A stretch of 64,000 nucleotides of DNA, from assembly GCA_003344405.1 (NCBI GenBank), contig NOWV01000142.1:1-64000 (forward strand), given 5' to 3'. This DNA is from Trichoplax sp. H2 (taxonomy: Eukaryota). Below the pieces are notes generated by a model, which was not told the DNA's origin, searched no databases, and saw only the letters and a program-made list of their open reading frames with translations. Shown in pieces: positions 15,173-29,442 of the stretch (its first letter is position 1; every line of letters begins with the position of its first letter). A program made the translations under genes and the position numbers.

Positions 15173-18100
15173 GGCTATTTAGAAGAGACGTTAGTGAATG
15201 CAAAATAATAACAATTAATCAAGTAGCATTACAATCTTTTTTAACAAGCTTAAAAAGTTTTGTATAATTCTAATAGAAAAAAGGCGCTGCATATTATTTT
15301 AGGGTATGCAGTGTACGACTATGTCTAAGTGAGTTCAACATTCAAGACTTTTAAAGGAAAGTTCAATTTCACATTGAAAATAAGGAAATATGGAGTACGA
15401 AAATAAGAATGTTAATTGCTTGTAATGCAATAACTGGGCTATTCTATTGTATGCCTGTATCCATCATGATCAACGATAACATAGGACGATAACTAGGAAA
15501 AAATTGGTCCAGTACACACATACATACACATTAATATCAGCCCCCAAAAAAGCAGTGGTGGAAATGTGCGCTACAGTAGGCTGTATGAGACGTACCTTTC
15601 TGTATTTTTCTTTCTTTTTTGGGGGGGGGGACAATTAATAACTGCAAGATTTGCTTTCAAAGTAATTGATTGCAAGCTACGTCTAGCGTTGAAGTTGTAT
15701 TGATTCTTTGTATGATGATGGTTGAATAGAATGGAGTAGTTTATCCTATAGGTTTGAGCTTGAATTTCTTTCCACTCTTGTACTGGATTGACAATCTACA
15801 TGGTATGGAATAATCGGCCGTCAAAAAATAAATCATGACAGTGATCGTCGTTAGTGTCAAATTGAAGCTAACAACAATATGCTGGACGCTATCTTATGAA
15901 TGTTCTATGACTGAAATAATTGGTTTGAAGCAAATGAATGTCAATTGAATCATTTACTCAAAACATAGGCAAGTTGACATTGAAAAGTGGCATGGACAAG
16001 AAATCAAGTCCTACATTGATAGTAGCCTCAATAAAAATTTAAAATTGACATACAAAAACACAAGGAAAGGTTAAAAAGTCTATAAAGACGATTAAATTAG
16101 ATCCAGTTAAAAAAAACATAAAGACAATTAAACTAGAGTACACCAACAATACAATGAAAGAATGTCCAAAGAAAAGGAGGAAAAATGATTTCAAGTCGCG
16201 TTGTATTGAAAAATGCAATTACAAGTGACGAGTGGAAAAAGCAATGGCATCGCTCCATTGCTACTACTATTAGCCGACTGACTACTTACCGTCCTGGCGG
16301 GATAATCGTTTCATGCAGTATGCATGAACAAATTACTCTTTTTTAAGGGTTCCCTTTCCCTCTCTCTCTCTCTTCACTGAGGCAAATTTTTTCTGTTTTT
16401 TTTTTCTTTGACAGGGATCAACTTACTACTGTGAATGAAGCTGACTGGCGACATTCAACAGTTGAAAAGAATGCAATTGAAGCGACAAGAACAAAAGGAG
16501 TTGGTGAAGAAAAGAACGATGAATAGAATAGAAAATTGACTCGTCTTTATGCTTCGCTACTACAGTAGTTCAATCCTATTGATCAACGTTGCGCCTGACA
16601 ATCCAATCATTATTCTTAGAGCAAAGCAGTTGTATTATCTCCATTCTTTTGTTCACTCAATCAACGATACTGCTATTGACCGTCAATGAAATCGCTTGGA
16701 CTGTGCGTCATTCGATACGGTACTGTACGTGGTGGAGTCGGTTCACTCCACCGCGGGCAACCTACACAATACATAGAATAAAGGACTACCATTCAAGTGA
16801 CAACAGTAGACGTGTCGACATGATCATTGTTTTCAATCATCACGGACGAGTCAGTCGACACCAACTCACGATGCAGGAATCTAAGCGTAGACGATGACGA
16901 GAATGCCATTAGTTAATTTGCGTAGGCATTCCATCTCCAATTGGAACTGACTTTATAAAATGCTCATCCTTTATTCAATATGTCAAAATAGTCAAAGCGT
17001 TGGACACCGATAAAAACAAATTGGAGGGGGTAATGATGGTAGAAACCGCTTTGCTTTTTCCAACCAGCAAATGAATAAAAAAGCGCGGGCTCACCGATAT
17101 GCCTACTCAGACAGCCTTCGATACTGTGGATGACGTTTTCTTGCGATAAGCTACAATGTCCTTCTATCCGTCTGTCAAAACGAGTGGGACACTGGCATTC
17201 AAAAAAGAAATGCTGTAAAAAAAAAAATGTACGCTATCTCCACAAATGGAGGCCAATAAAAATAAATAAAAATACAGTACGGCCGACAACATAATCTAAG
17301 TATAGCAAACGATCTTCATATTGTCATATTGATTATTATAATTTCAAATGAAGCATTTTCCTATCAAACAAGACAACAATAACGCCAAACCTCAATGGAA
17401 ATAGCGATGAAGATTAATATGGCATGAAGGGGGGGGGGGAAGAGAGAGAGAAAAGAAATTATTAGAAAGTCTATGCTGTATACTGATTAATGTAGAATAC
17501 AGCAAGAGGGAGAAAATAGAAATTCATGTTTAGAAAATAAAATAAAAATACAAGGTTGTGTATTAAAAATAGAAAACATCCATAGAAAAATATATAAAAG
17601 GTTCTCATTTCTTTTTTTTCTTTTCTTCTATTTCATAAATTTAATAATCTCTGCTATAAAACGCCAAACCAAAGGCAACAACAGAGAATAGAGATAAAAT
17701 TCTATTAATACGTAGTGTAATTGATTTTTATTTTTTCTTTTCATTCACAACTGTTTTCATTTTTATTGCATACGACTAATTGGTAGTAACGAATTAACAA
17801 AAGTCTTCCAACTACGGATTACAACCCATGTTCGCAAGCGAGTCAATTAAGTTACGATAGAAAAGGACGGATTTAAACAAAATGACTTACACAACATATA
17901 AACACCAACAACCAATGCATCATCATGCTGTAGCTACACTACAAGTAGTCTACAACATGACCAATCGATTTGTCTGCCAACGTAACAGGAAATCTAAAGT
18001 AATACCTTCATTAAAATAAGATGTACGTAACCCTTTGAGTTGGATTGCTGCCTACAGTACACCCACACTGGAGTAGAAACACCGATTTAACGTTGTATCC

Positions 18101-21100
18101 AATTATCGTTACTTTTCAAATTGTACTCATCGTTAACTTTCAAATATGCAACATGGTGATGCATCGATTGTAGTCGTTGTGAACAACTCGTACAACTTCA
18201 GGTGGTTTCCATTGACCAGGAATAGATTGAAACAGTCAATTGATGAATGTGCATAGCATGTCGCTATCCGATCGAATGATTCTACTTCTAGATACGTGTA
18301 CAATGTCCAACTTTTGAGGCACAGGCGTACATTAATCAATGACAAATCGAAGCATGAATTTGCATGCTCTTATCATCAGCCCTACTTTTATTCTATGCTG
18401 AGATGGTGTCCAAGCTATAGTACAATTGATTAAAGCAATCTTTTCTGATTCTCCATCGATTGAAATAGATTCCCATTGCGATTTGACTGTACTGTACCAC
18501 CAGGAAATGCAATATAGCTATAAACAGTCCATGAATTCAAAGTGACCAAGAGAAAGTCAACTTCAATGAATCGATGTATCGTCTTCATTTTGGGTTGTTG
18601 TCTGAAGGGTAAGAAATCCATTTAAGAAAGGAGTCTACTGTATTTTGCTCTATTGGTGAACAAGTTGTAATCGATCGAAAGAGAGTATTTGATGAATTGA
18701 TGACAACTCAATTCACCATGACTTAAAGTTTGAAAAGTCAGAATTGCGCCAAAAAGTGACGTACTAGGTCAATCATGCCACCGACATGGCCTAGATCAAA
18801 CATGCAAACGTTGTTGTATACAAAGGAATACAAGGATGCGAAGTCCAGATTCTCACGTAATATTATCCAACTGCCCCATCATGTCTTCTTCTACAAGCGT
18901 GAGAGGTAAGCACATTAGGTGAAAGAAGGAGAAAGAATATCATTGGACGAGTCGCCCCCCCTCACCCCCCCAAAAATCAATCGTCGACAGTATACATGAC
19001 ATTCTCGCCGTTAGCATCGATGGACAATCTTTGATAAGGCATCGATAGAGTAGAGTCTACAACTTACCCACAAAGTGGTGCAAATGAACGTTGATTGATG
19101 AATGTGTATCCAGGCTAGATGGCAATAAGATCTACCACGCGGTTGTTGGAAGGAACTCTTTGGCCAAACTAGTTGAACAATTTGAATAAAGAAAGCAATC
19201 AATTAACCACAGTATTGAAGGAAATCATTCACATCATGTTATGCCACTTTGTTCACTGACAACTGGTATAAGCTTCAGTAATACTGTCGACTTGTTCTAC
19301 ACTCTTTCAACTGTTGCTCGACTCCGCTTTAAATATCCAATCAACTTGATGCAAAATGGACCGTTATGGCCTGACGAATATGACAGAAAAAAAAAATCCA
19401 CTACTCACCGTTAACGGATTTGCGTGAAATAATAGCAAGTCAATGGTGGACGGGTTGAGCTCAACTCTTGCCGTGCTTGTTACTACGTACAATGTTGCTC
19501 GATCGATGCTACTGAGAATAGAATGAAACACTCGTAGTAGACAAGCGTTGCCTGAAATTTGCTTTCTACTACTGATTGGACCGGGGGCTTTTTGCTCTAT
19601 TTGACTCCACACTATATGAGGTAATTACTACTTAACGGCAAATGGCTTTTGCTTACACAAATAAGTAATGAGAGAAGAGAGGAGGAGAAATAAAAATAAC
19701 ACCGTCCCAATAATAGCTGACAATTATGATGAACAATAGGCGGATTGATTGTATTCAAATAGTTCAATGGAATAATACAATACGAGTAGAAAAGGTTACG
19801 CATCTCATCGCTTCAACCGACTGCAATGTATGTCAATCAATCATTCATTGACCAATTATAGTCGTCAACAATAGGCTTGCACAAAAAATTCCATCTGTTA
19901 CTATGGGTGGAGGTCTGCAACATAATGATAATAATAATAATAATAATAATAATATATTAATTAAACGTCAGTCCACACCGTGGAGATAGGGAAGAAAAAC
20001 TCGACACTGAGATAGGGGAGAAAAATAGCCAGTATAAACTACGAGTACAGGATTCACTAAAGTAGAGTGAACAGGAATAAGAAGATGATATCTTGTAGCG
20101 TATTCCTCTAGCCAACTTATTCGCCATGTCACTCATTCTACTGACTATGTACAGTATATTGTACATTCTTCGTAGTCCACTCTTGTGTCCACATCTGCAC
20201 CACTATACATCATCATCACTTTGAAAAGTTAGCCGACTGCACAAGTTCGCAAACTGCTGACTCCAGTACTTACAGTACTTCGCTGTGAATCCAATCATTT
20301 TAAATATCATTCACGGTAAAGTGATATTGGATTCACTCTGAAAGATGCAATCATCCCCCCCCCCCTAAAATGCAAAAATAACAGTCCAAATGATCCTAGT
20401 TGTACCACTAAAGTTCGCACGAGTACGAGGCCTCACTTCATTATTCATTTCAACTCATTCAACACTTTACATTTCGAATATTGATTTTTGACTGTCGTCC
20501 CAATTTAGACATGTGATAAAGTAATTAATCATATACATCATCAATGTAAACTGCCGTCCCTTTCCCTTGCGCATAAGAATGAAGAGGGACGCCTTACTAT
20601 GCAATCACTTTGTTATAAAATCCATGATAACTATCCAATCTTCCATCATCGATATCAACAGTTACAATACTGGAGAACGAGAGCTGGTAGCAGGATCAAT
20701 TTGAAAATTTGCATTACTACCCTACTGCACCGTACGTAGATTGTAAGAGACGAAGCTGTGCCATTCAATTCACAAATATCATTCATAATGTTCACAACGA
20801 TCAACTTTGATCGTTTTGAATGCGTTAGTTATGCAAATGTACTGACGTATATCCAATTTCATTGCAATTTTATGTTATACTTTATCTGGTAGTTGAAATG
20901 AAATTAAAATGTTCCTCATCCTCCAATACAGGTATCAACAGTATGCGTAATCTATTTACATTAGTACAGTACTGTAGCCTAGACGTTGCAAATGACAACA
21001 GTACAGTACTCGTAGTTGATCCATGTACAGTAGTCAGTAAATCGATAGAGCTGCATAATTGTTCTCATCCAAAACTGATTTAAGATTAACTTGAATTGCT

Positions 21101-21419
21101 GCAATCTGTTATCGACTTTGACTGCTACAGTATCTATGATCCGATACGATTGCAATTGTGCTATCAGACTGCTAGTGTCGCTATTACACTAGCTTACAAC
21201 ACTAGATCGATGCCAAGTCTACAGACGATTACAACTTTATTGTTGCATTGACGGTCAGAAATGTAGCAGTACATCGTTTCAACATGTCCAATTTGGTATT
21301 TACTTTGCGAAGGGGACATTTAGCAGAAGATCATCATGACTGTGATTGCGCTAAGGCCTACAGTAGTCTCCCGCTTGCCTATCTTCATCTCAATCACAAA
21401 AATATTTCCAATACAAAGT

Positions 21420-22120
21420 CCATAAGGACAATAGAAAACATAACGGGTGAAAAAGAAATGACAATCTATTCTATTCTTGCTAAATTGTTTAAACAAAACG
21501 AAACGGAAAAAAAGAGATGAACAATAGAAAGAAAGATAGTTCGTGTAGACAATAACAACAACAAAAAATAGGGAGAAAAATGAAAAATAGATCGTGACAA
21601 TGATGACCCAAAAAGGAACAAATAAGCCTCGCTGATTCAATAGAAAGGAAAAATTAATCGACATTGCGTCCCATGTTGGACGAAACAATACATGAACAAT
21701 GCGCTCTTCCAACAATAGGCATCGGCTGATCGTATTACGTAACCATTCGACTCGGACATTTGGACGACCAGATATCGACCTAGGCACAGTCATAGTCATG
21801 TTGAACCCTCGAGAGGCCAGTGTATTGTCTTCCTACTGTACTGTGTAATCGACCCAGGGACAAATAGGCCATTGTGGACGCTATTGTTGACGGTAACAAT
21901 AGCGGACAATCATCCTGGTGAAAGCAACACTAGGCAAAAAAATGTTGACAATTAGCCTATCAAAGAGGAAGATAATATTGGCAAAAGTGAACAATGCCGC
22001 TCGATAGGAATGCTGCAAGACAAGAAATAATACTAAGCAAGATAAATAAAAATGATTCAATAGTATAAAGATAAAAGAAAAAACAATTGTCAATCGATTG
22101 AATAGCCATTACAATCAGTC
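21420..22120. promoter_or_regulatory. Candidate Sox-responsive enhancer upstream of SoxB2 (homotypic ACAAT/ATTGT cluster)
   Basis: About 19 ACAAT/ATTGT cores counted by hand in ~700 bp, many matching AACAAT(A/G); no credible ORF. Confidence 0.5.
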
Positions 22121-24559
22121 TACTCGATGAGAGCAGTATTCTGCAATAAGGAAGTGATTGGATCCACTCCAGGAAAAGAAACTGCGTCAGCAACTGGATA
22201 CTTTCACATGATTGAAATGAAGGCTAAAAAAATAAAAATAAAATAGATGAATAGTGAGTTTAATTGGATACACAGTGGCAGCTGGTTAGCTATTCTAGGT
22301 GTTAATGAAGAAGAGCTAAACATCAGTTGAACAGAATGATCAAATTAGATCAATTTGTTTAGGTCAATATTCAGTATACGAGTATAGACTGATCAGGCGA
22401 ATGATCACATAGCTGAAAAATACATGAATATCATCGCAGATTTTGAAGGAATTTTTCTTACAAGATGTCTATTGCAATGCTGTATTAGAGAATTCATCAA
22501 ATAATCAACGGGTGCCATGCGGTAGTAAAACAAAAATGACTTAACTCAATCACTAATATCGCCATTACAAGTATTCAATGAATTTTTCTTCTCAGATATC
22601 ATTTGCAATGATTTGAGAAAGAAATAGAATCCATAAATGACAAGGACGTCTATCATCGTTAGAATACACTAGAAAAATAACTTAAGTTCAATCGCCCATA
22701 AATACCAACCTACTACAGTATCAAAATATCTGCTAGTGTATTGACAATAGCTTTTGGTTCTGACGAAAAATTTACCAACAAACTAACAATGCCAATCCAA
22801 ACATTCACCTTTTTGCCTCATTTCTTGCCGCTAGGAAGATAGATTGTAATCTGCTGCCATTCTCTCACGGGCGTCCATTCAAAGATTCATGGCGAATGAA
22901 CTGGCATACATGCAGCAATAACAAGCCAGACAATAAATACTCTGAAGGTCATTCTACAGCCTTGCAATGTCATCGATTATACGTTGATGCACTCTTTGAC
23001 TCCATATAATGAATAATAATAATAATAACAACTGTAATCATAATCATTAACTATAATAGATGATTATTATTATTATTATTGATGATACAGTTGAACTCCA
23101 ACATTAAGAATTACTACCGACACTCAGTGAATGCTAAGATTAACTGCCTCGATACAGCATATTTCATCTACTTGATACTACTATCGTGCATAGATTACTA
23201 CGTCCGATTGCACTCGATACTAGCTAGCATTACGAGTACTATATTGTAATCTTAAAGATGAACGAAACAAAATCCAAAACCAACAGTAAATATGCCATTT
23301 TGTTTTAGCGGAAAAATATGCATCACGTTAGTGCATGTAATGAAAGGCGTGCAGTAATTCGCCTACCTAGCATGTCAAAGTCAATCTATTGAATTGCACA
23401 TTTTCTATTTTCCCCATCTATATTACATAGCACATAATAATGGAGAATGAATCCTGGCAACGGCCACAAATAGTTCTCTGGCCGATGTTGGTCAAACACG
23501 TACAATGACTTATAAATCATAATGGACTCGATGTCTTATGTGCTGCGTTATGGCCATACAAGTTGCCATCCACATCCAACAGCAGCAGTCCTTCATGGAC
23601 AGTACTCTACCTGAATGCATGATTAATTAAACAAATTTCTTCGTACAGCTATACTTATGAAAGCAACAGAATAGCGCATTGAGAGAGATCAATAATAAAC
23701 ATAAGAGTATTTATATTGATACACATGTGTATACTGTACTGTATGTAGACAAATATTATACCATTTTATAAACGTGTCAATAATATTATAATCAATCAAT
23801 GAAGCCATCTACTGGAATAGGTAAGAGCAAGCAGGGATTATCTTAGCGTGCAAACGTAAAAATGAAGTCATTAAACAGTAAACATTAATACAAATAGCTG
23901 ATGTTGTCTCATAGCGGCCCAACATGGTACCTATAGTAATCATTTCATTCGTTTGCAGCATTTTCAGTGCTCAAATTCAGCCCAAAGTGAGGAACGATAC
24001 GAATCAATAATTAAGATGATGTCGTTGCTTCAATAAATATGAGCTAAAGAACTAGCATTTAAAAATAATTTAATCAAGATACCAAGTATAATACTATGCA
24101 TAGCATAAAGTTTATAAAATCATTCTTTCCTAGAAATGCAGGAAATAATATGGCACTTTGATGCGCTACTAATTACTGTCATTACAGTATGCTGTACGGC
24201 CTCATACCTACCTACACTAGAAACCTTGCAAGGGAATATTCTTAAAATCTAATTTTATAACTACAGATATAACAAGGCTAATGCAAAAGCCTAAAACAGC
24301 CATATTATAATTATTATTTATCCTTGCATTAGTAAAGTATGATTTTATAGCCAGTTTTGAATTTTAAAGTCTTGATCTCAAGATACTGAAAAAGTTTCTG
24401 AAAACGAGGAGGGATGTTAACAGAAGCTATTGTATAATATAAACGTCATAAATTTGACATTATGTAAAATCAATGTGATTATTATCTAAACTAATGTGAA
24501 ACTGCAAGTTTGTAATCTTTAGCAACAAAATAGATTGCTCAACTTGTTACTAGATTCGA

Positions 24560-24870
24560 ATGATGAACCTTCAACAGTTGTAGCTGCAGTATTACAGGAT
24601 ATCGTCAATTTTTCTGAACTTTAACACGGTCAAGCCTTCACTCCATAACCTATTAGTTCCTCTGCAGATATATTTGGAACCACCTTAATCTGTAGCTAAC
24701 CATACCAAAATGTTCGAACAACGAATACGTTACTTTTAACAGTCTTAGCTACAATACCGTAGGATATCAACAATTCCTGAACTTTAAATATTGTAGCACT
24801 TTGATTCTATAGTCTAGAAGTAACACTATAAATGTGCGCAGGTGTATTTGAAATTGCCTAAATTTTTTAC
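24560..24870 (+). repeat. Diverged direct duplication, period ~175 bp
   Basis: AACAGTTGTAGCTGCAGTATTACAGGATATCGTCAATTTTTCTGAACTTTAA...GCAGATATATTTGGAA resembles AACAGTCTTAGCTACAATACCGTAGGATATCAACAATTCCTGAACTTTAA...GCAGGTGTATTTGAAA. Confidence 0.6.
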
Positions 24871-25920
24871 GACTAAAAATAAAATGGTATCATGCAACGC
24901 ATCTTCTCTTGATTTTCAGTTGTGCACGCTGTCCATTAGACCGTTCAGATTTTAACTTGATGAGTAAGTAAACTTAAGAATGCATTACTGAGTAAGTAAT
25001 GTGGTAAATGGAAATAATAAATACCGTCCGAGTGCCATTACTATTGTATACAACCTAATAAATGGAGATAGTAAACATATGCCAGAACCCCTATAAACTG
25101 TTAAATGGAAGGTAATATTATACGCATGGCGAAAATTTCAGGTCTATTTCACTGTCATGACTGATAACTTTATCGTATTCCGATAATGGTGTTGCCTATA
25201 CTGGATTTACACTTTATACTACGTACCGTCACTAGACAATTTTAAATCTATTTTTAAAATATGAGACTAAACGCTTGTAACTAGAGATTGATCCAGACTT
25301 AAAACGGACTATGATCTGTCTTAAGATAAGCTAAACTATAGTGAAAACTGAAGATCTCAAAATGGTCTCCCACTTCACTACTATCAAGAAATACGATCCT
25401 ACGATGTCGATTTACATACACCCGATATCTAAAAGACATTTATGCAAGTGCATGAAAGGAATCAGCCCGAATTTTTGCAATTGTATTTAAAAAGTTGACT
25501 ATTGAAAATTTTATAATTTACTTTAGGAGGGATTATAGATCGGAATACAACTCCGATCGATTTACTAGCAGTTAGTTAAACCCGACGTTTTCCGAGTCAT
25601 CTTAGAAAATGATATTTATGACGTGAAAATCGCGCAAATCAAATATCAAATTTGTTCTCCAAGTTATGATACAAGTAATTGTGAATGATTTATTAGGCAA
25701 CCCATTAACTGTACACATCCCCTTTAGCATAGTACTATATACAGGTGGATATTAACATTAGAATTTTAATGCGATTGTTATACTTTCAATTATACGTAAA
25801 AGATTGTTGTAATAAAGTTAGAAAGGTTCAGTGTACAATTCTTTTAATATACCAAACTAATTACAATATTTACACTCCGCAACACGAGCGTACATATACC
25901 ATTAGCTGCATGGCTAAGTA

Positions 25921-26085
25921 GATATTATGATGATACTGTTTTACCTTTGTAAACTATATCAATACGAAGCTATAAGATGGAAAGGTATAACCATGGGTAT
26001 ACTTAAAGCGATATCATGATGATACTATTCTATCTTTGCAAGCTGTATTAACATGAAGGTATATCGTGAAAAGGGTAAATACCGT
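25921..26085 (+). repeat. Diverged direct duplication, period ~90 bp
   Basis: GATATTATGATGATACTGTTTTACCTTTGTAAACT at 25921 resembles GATATCATGATGATACTATTCTATCTTTGCAAGCT at 26010. Confidence 0.6.
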
Positions 26086-29000
26086 TATCGAGACATCGAA
26101 CTATAGTCTCGTTTAAAGTATCAGCTCATCTATCCTTTGTGATATTCATTCATGATTTACACTACCATTTCTGCGAAGTAGATATCTAATGTACTGGAGC
26201 GCAACGGGGCGGATACTTCAGCGACAACTTCATTAGCATGTTGAATGTATACTACCAAAGTCTATGACTTTGATCTGTATTAATGTATACTCAAACAGAA
26301 CCAAAACATGCTACAAAATGTAACAGGAAGTAGGGAATCATGTGCACTAAAGCTGCAGTAGCTGTAACCTATCTATTGCTACCTAATCAGTAATAATGTC
26401 GCTATGCGAGTATTTGTGCTTTAGTTATATGAAATACTGATATGAGATACAAATTCTTTTTTTGACCGCAAAAAGTTTTGTTGTGACGTTCTTTCTATTA
26501 CACTATTAATTATAAATATTACTGCACACCTTTAGAATACTTTAGAAACATGTAACAAGAATCTATTTGCTTATTAATATTTGGCGCTAAAATTGTATCC
26601 ATGTCATATGAATCCTCAATAATCTATGATAATTAATTGCTGAAACTTGCAACATAGGTCGCTACATCTAATGAAAATTCACGGTAGAAAAGTACCACTG
26701 TTATAAATTTCGTTTCAGTCAAGGTGTTTTTATTTATTATACAATTAAATAAGAGATATTCTAAATTACGCAAGGGATATATGCAGCATATTCGTACGAG
26801 TATATGCCTTCTCTGTACAGGATCTTAAATTAAAAAGATTTTATAGTCGCAACTTCCATGAGCAACAGCATTATTTACAGGTCTAAATACTAGTTTGTAT
26901 ATTCTTCGAACATTAAATGTGCATTTAGGTTGTCATTCTACGCAATGGCTTGATTTTACTGCTAATCAAAATATTTACATCATGTCATTAAGAGAGAAAA
27001 GGTAGAATAGTGCGCAATTGCGTTAACATATTAAAGCTTTAAAATTAATGTGAATAACGGTCTGGATATTATAGAAAGGTCTATAGCTTATGCATTAAGT
27101 GCGAGATGGTAGCTCAGAAAAAATAATATATCTAGACTTGTACATTGTGATCATCTGAAGGAATGTCGCGTAATCTTTGTTAATGAGGATTAGAGATAAT
27201 ATCACTACCTTAATTGAACACTTATATGCTGCTATTTTGAACGACAGATATGAAATCTCTTAGTAACGTAAAGATTGTGGAGATAGAGGGAAAATCTCTT
27301 AATTTTACAATGTAAAAATAGTGAAAGTTTAAGGCTTAGGATTTAGCATAGAACTATTGGTAATTTGCTCCTGAGTGTACTGCTGTATCCATTTTATAAA
27401 CCTGTCGTCAAGACTTTCGGTTTGGATAACAATGTAGGCATAAATTTATAGACAAGAAATCTTGTAGAGTGTAGCGGTATGTGAAAGATGTGAATTATTT
27501 ACTTATCCTGCATTAATACTCTATTATCATTCAAGTGATTACTTTTAATCCAGTCCTTTTCATCATTTTCCATGATAATGACTTAATTTATCGTGGGCTC
27601 TACATCTGTCATTCATGATATTTACAAAGAGAACTTGAAAATAAAATTTTTTTCGGAATCATGCACTCTATTATTAAGAAGGAATTCTTTACAGTTGATA
27701 AACATTAGGGACCCAAATAGAGCTTACAAACCGTTATGAATTTCTAGGAATATGTCATGTTGATGAAGGTCCTTTCTATAGCCCCAGGGTTGAAATTGAT
27801 CTCAACTAAATATTCATTCGGATGATTAGAATAGATTCTTATTTACACTTTCTTTATTAAACCTATTCACAGTCAGTAAACATCGTTACCGACTGGAGGG
27901 GTACATGCAATATTTATTTACCATAAAATGGTTCGGTTTCACCATATCAACCAAATAATTTTAAAATTACTGTTTGATCTAGTAAATATCTTCCAAAGGA
28001 TACTTTAGTTTTGCCTCTCAGGGCTATACTGTACTTATATGCTGCCGTCTTACTTATATCTCCTCTCTTTAATAGAACTCTCTATTCACTAGTCTTAGTT
28101 TTTCTTCCTTTTACTTATCATAGCACGCAATGTCTGTAATTGAATCACCAATATGCAATTGCTAATTTACGAGTATGTATACTACGTTACGGCATTTTTA
28201 CTGACATAAGGCCTTTGCTTTGATCTCATAATTCTTATGAACTATAATCTATCCAATATTTTCATCGTTGTCTTTATTATTCCTAAGGCTATGACTTTAA
28301 TATCTAAATTTAGTCATGCATTCATTGAAAGTGATTCTTTCAAGGCAGTACTTCTTTCATAGGTGAACTTACTATTGTTACCAGCTGCGGATCTATTGCA
28401 GAACATCAATTTATTCTTAGCTAGCAAATAATATGAATGAAGTCGGGATTAAATTGGTAAATAAAAGAATTGGCCGTTAATAGTTTAGATAATAACCTTG
28501 TAAGACAGTCTGAATAATGTTCTTACACTACATACTACTACCTACAGATCAATATTAAGGTTATTTTACTAAATATTCAGGATATAATTCAATCTTAAAT
28601 GGTTGAGATTGAGTTAATGAAGCTGTGCAAATGTTAGAAATTATTTTCATCGTCATTCTCCGCTTCGACTTCCGAAATACCAATCAACTAAAAGTTGGCA
28701 TTTATTTTACACTACGCATTTTTAATCTATTGCTATAAAGTATTGATCATGGGTTTCTACTCTTGTAAAATTAGCCTGAAGGTATTACGTTTATCTATGC
28801 CCTCAGTCCATTCTTAATTATTATTTGTTTTGTACATTAATTTTTCAAAACAAGTTAATCAATCATTCATGAAAATGGCAGAGGGAGCTAGTACGGCATA
28901 CGATTTATTTCTGTGACTAAAACGTCAATCTAGAGCTCACCATGACTAATTTGAAATACCTAATAGCTAGAAATAACTAAGATGATTTATTGCCAGCAGC

Positions 29001-29442
29001 ATTAATCTTTAAAGAATTGGTAACAGTAGATCTTTTTATCTATTGATGCCTTTGATCTCCAACATTTTTTATACAGCTAGGAAGTTTTACAATAAACATA
29101 ATATTCATCTAATTAGCGGAAGATCGATTGATGGATTTATGAACTTGAGGTATAAAGTCTGACTAAGATTACATGGACTAGGAAAGAATATCTTGGATCA
29201 AATACGTAAAAAACTGCATCCACTGTATGTTAACCTCAGATGGTATGGACAGCTTGTCCTCTCTTGCCGCCAAAATACGCAATCATCAGTTGGGCATAAA
29301 AAATTAAGGAATGGTCGATAACCATTCATCTAGCCAGTAATACTTTTTATTGCTATTCTAGTGATTCTATCAGGTAGAATTTTTAGCTTCTGCTACCCCA
29401 TCAAGTAATTTGTCACACGCTGCCTTTTATTTAAAGAGAGAC

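Noticed and set aside
21320-21799. 159-aa hydrophobic ORF
   Set aside because: The Phe/Val/Ile bias comes from A-rich sequence and ACAAT motifs on the other strand; no domain or splice support.
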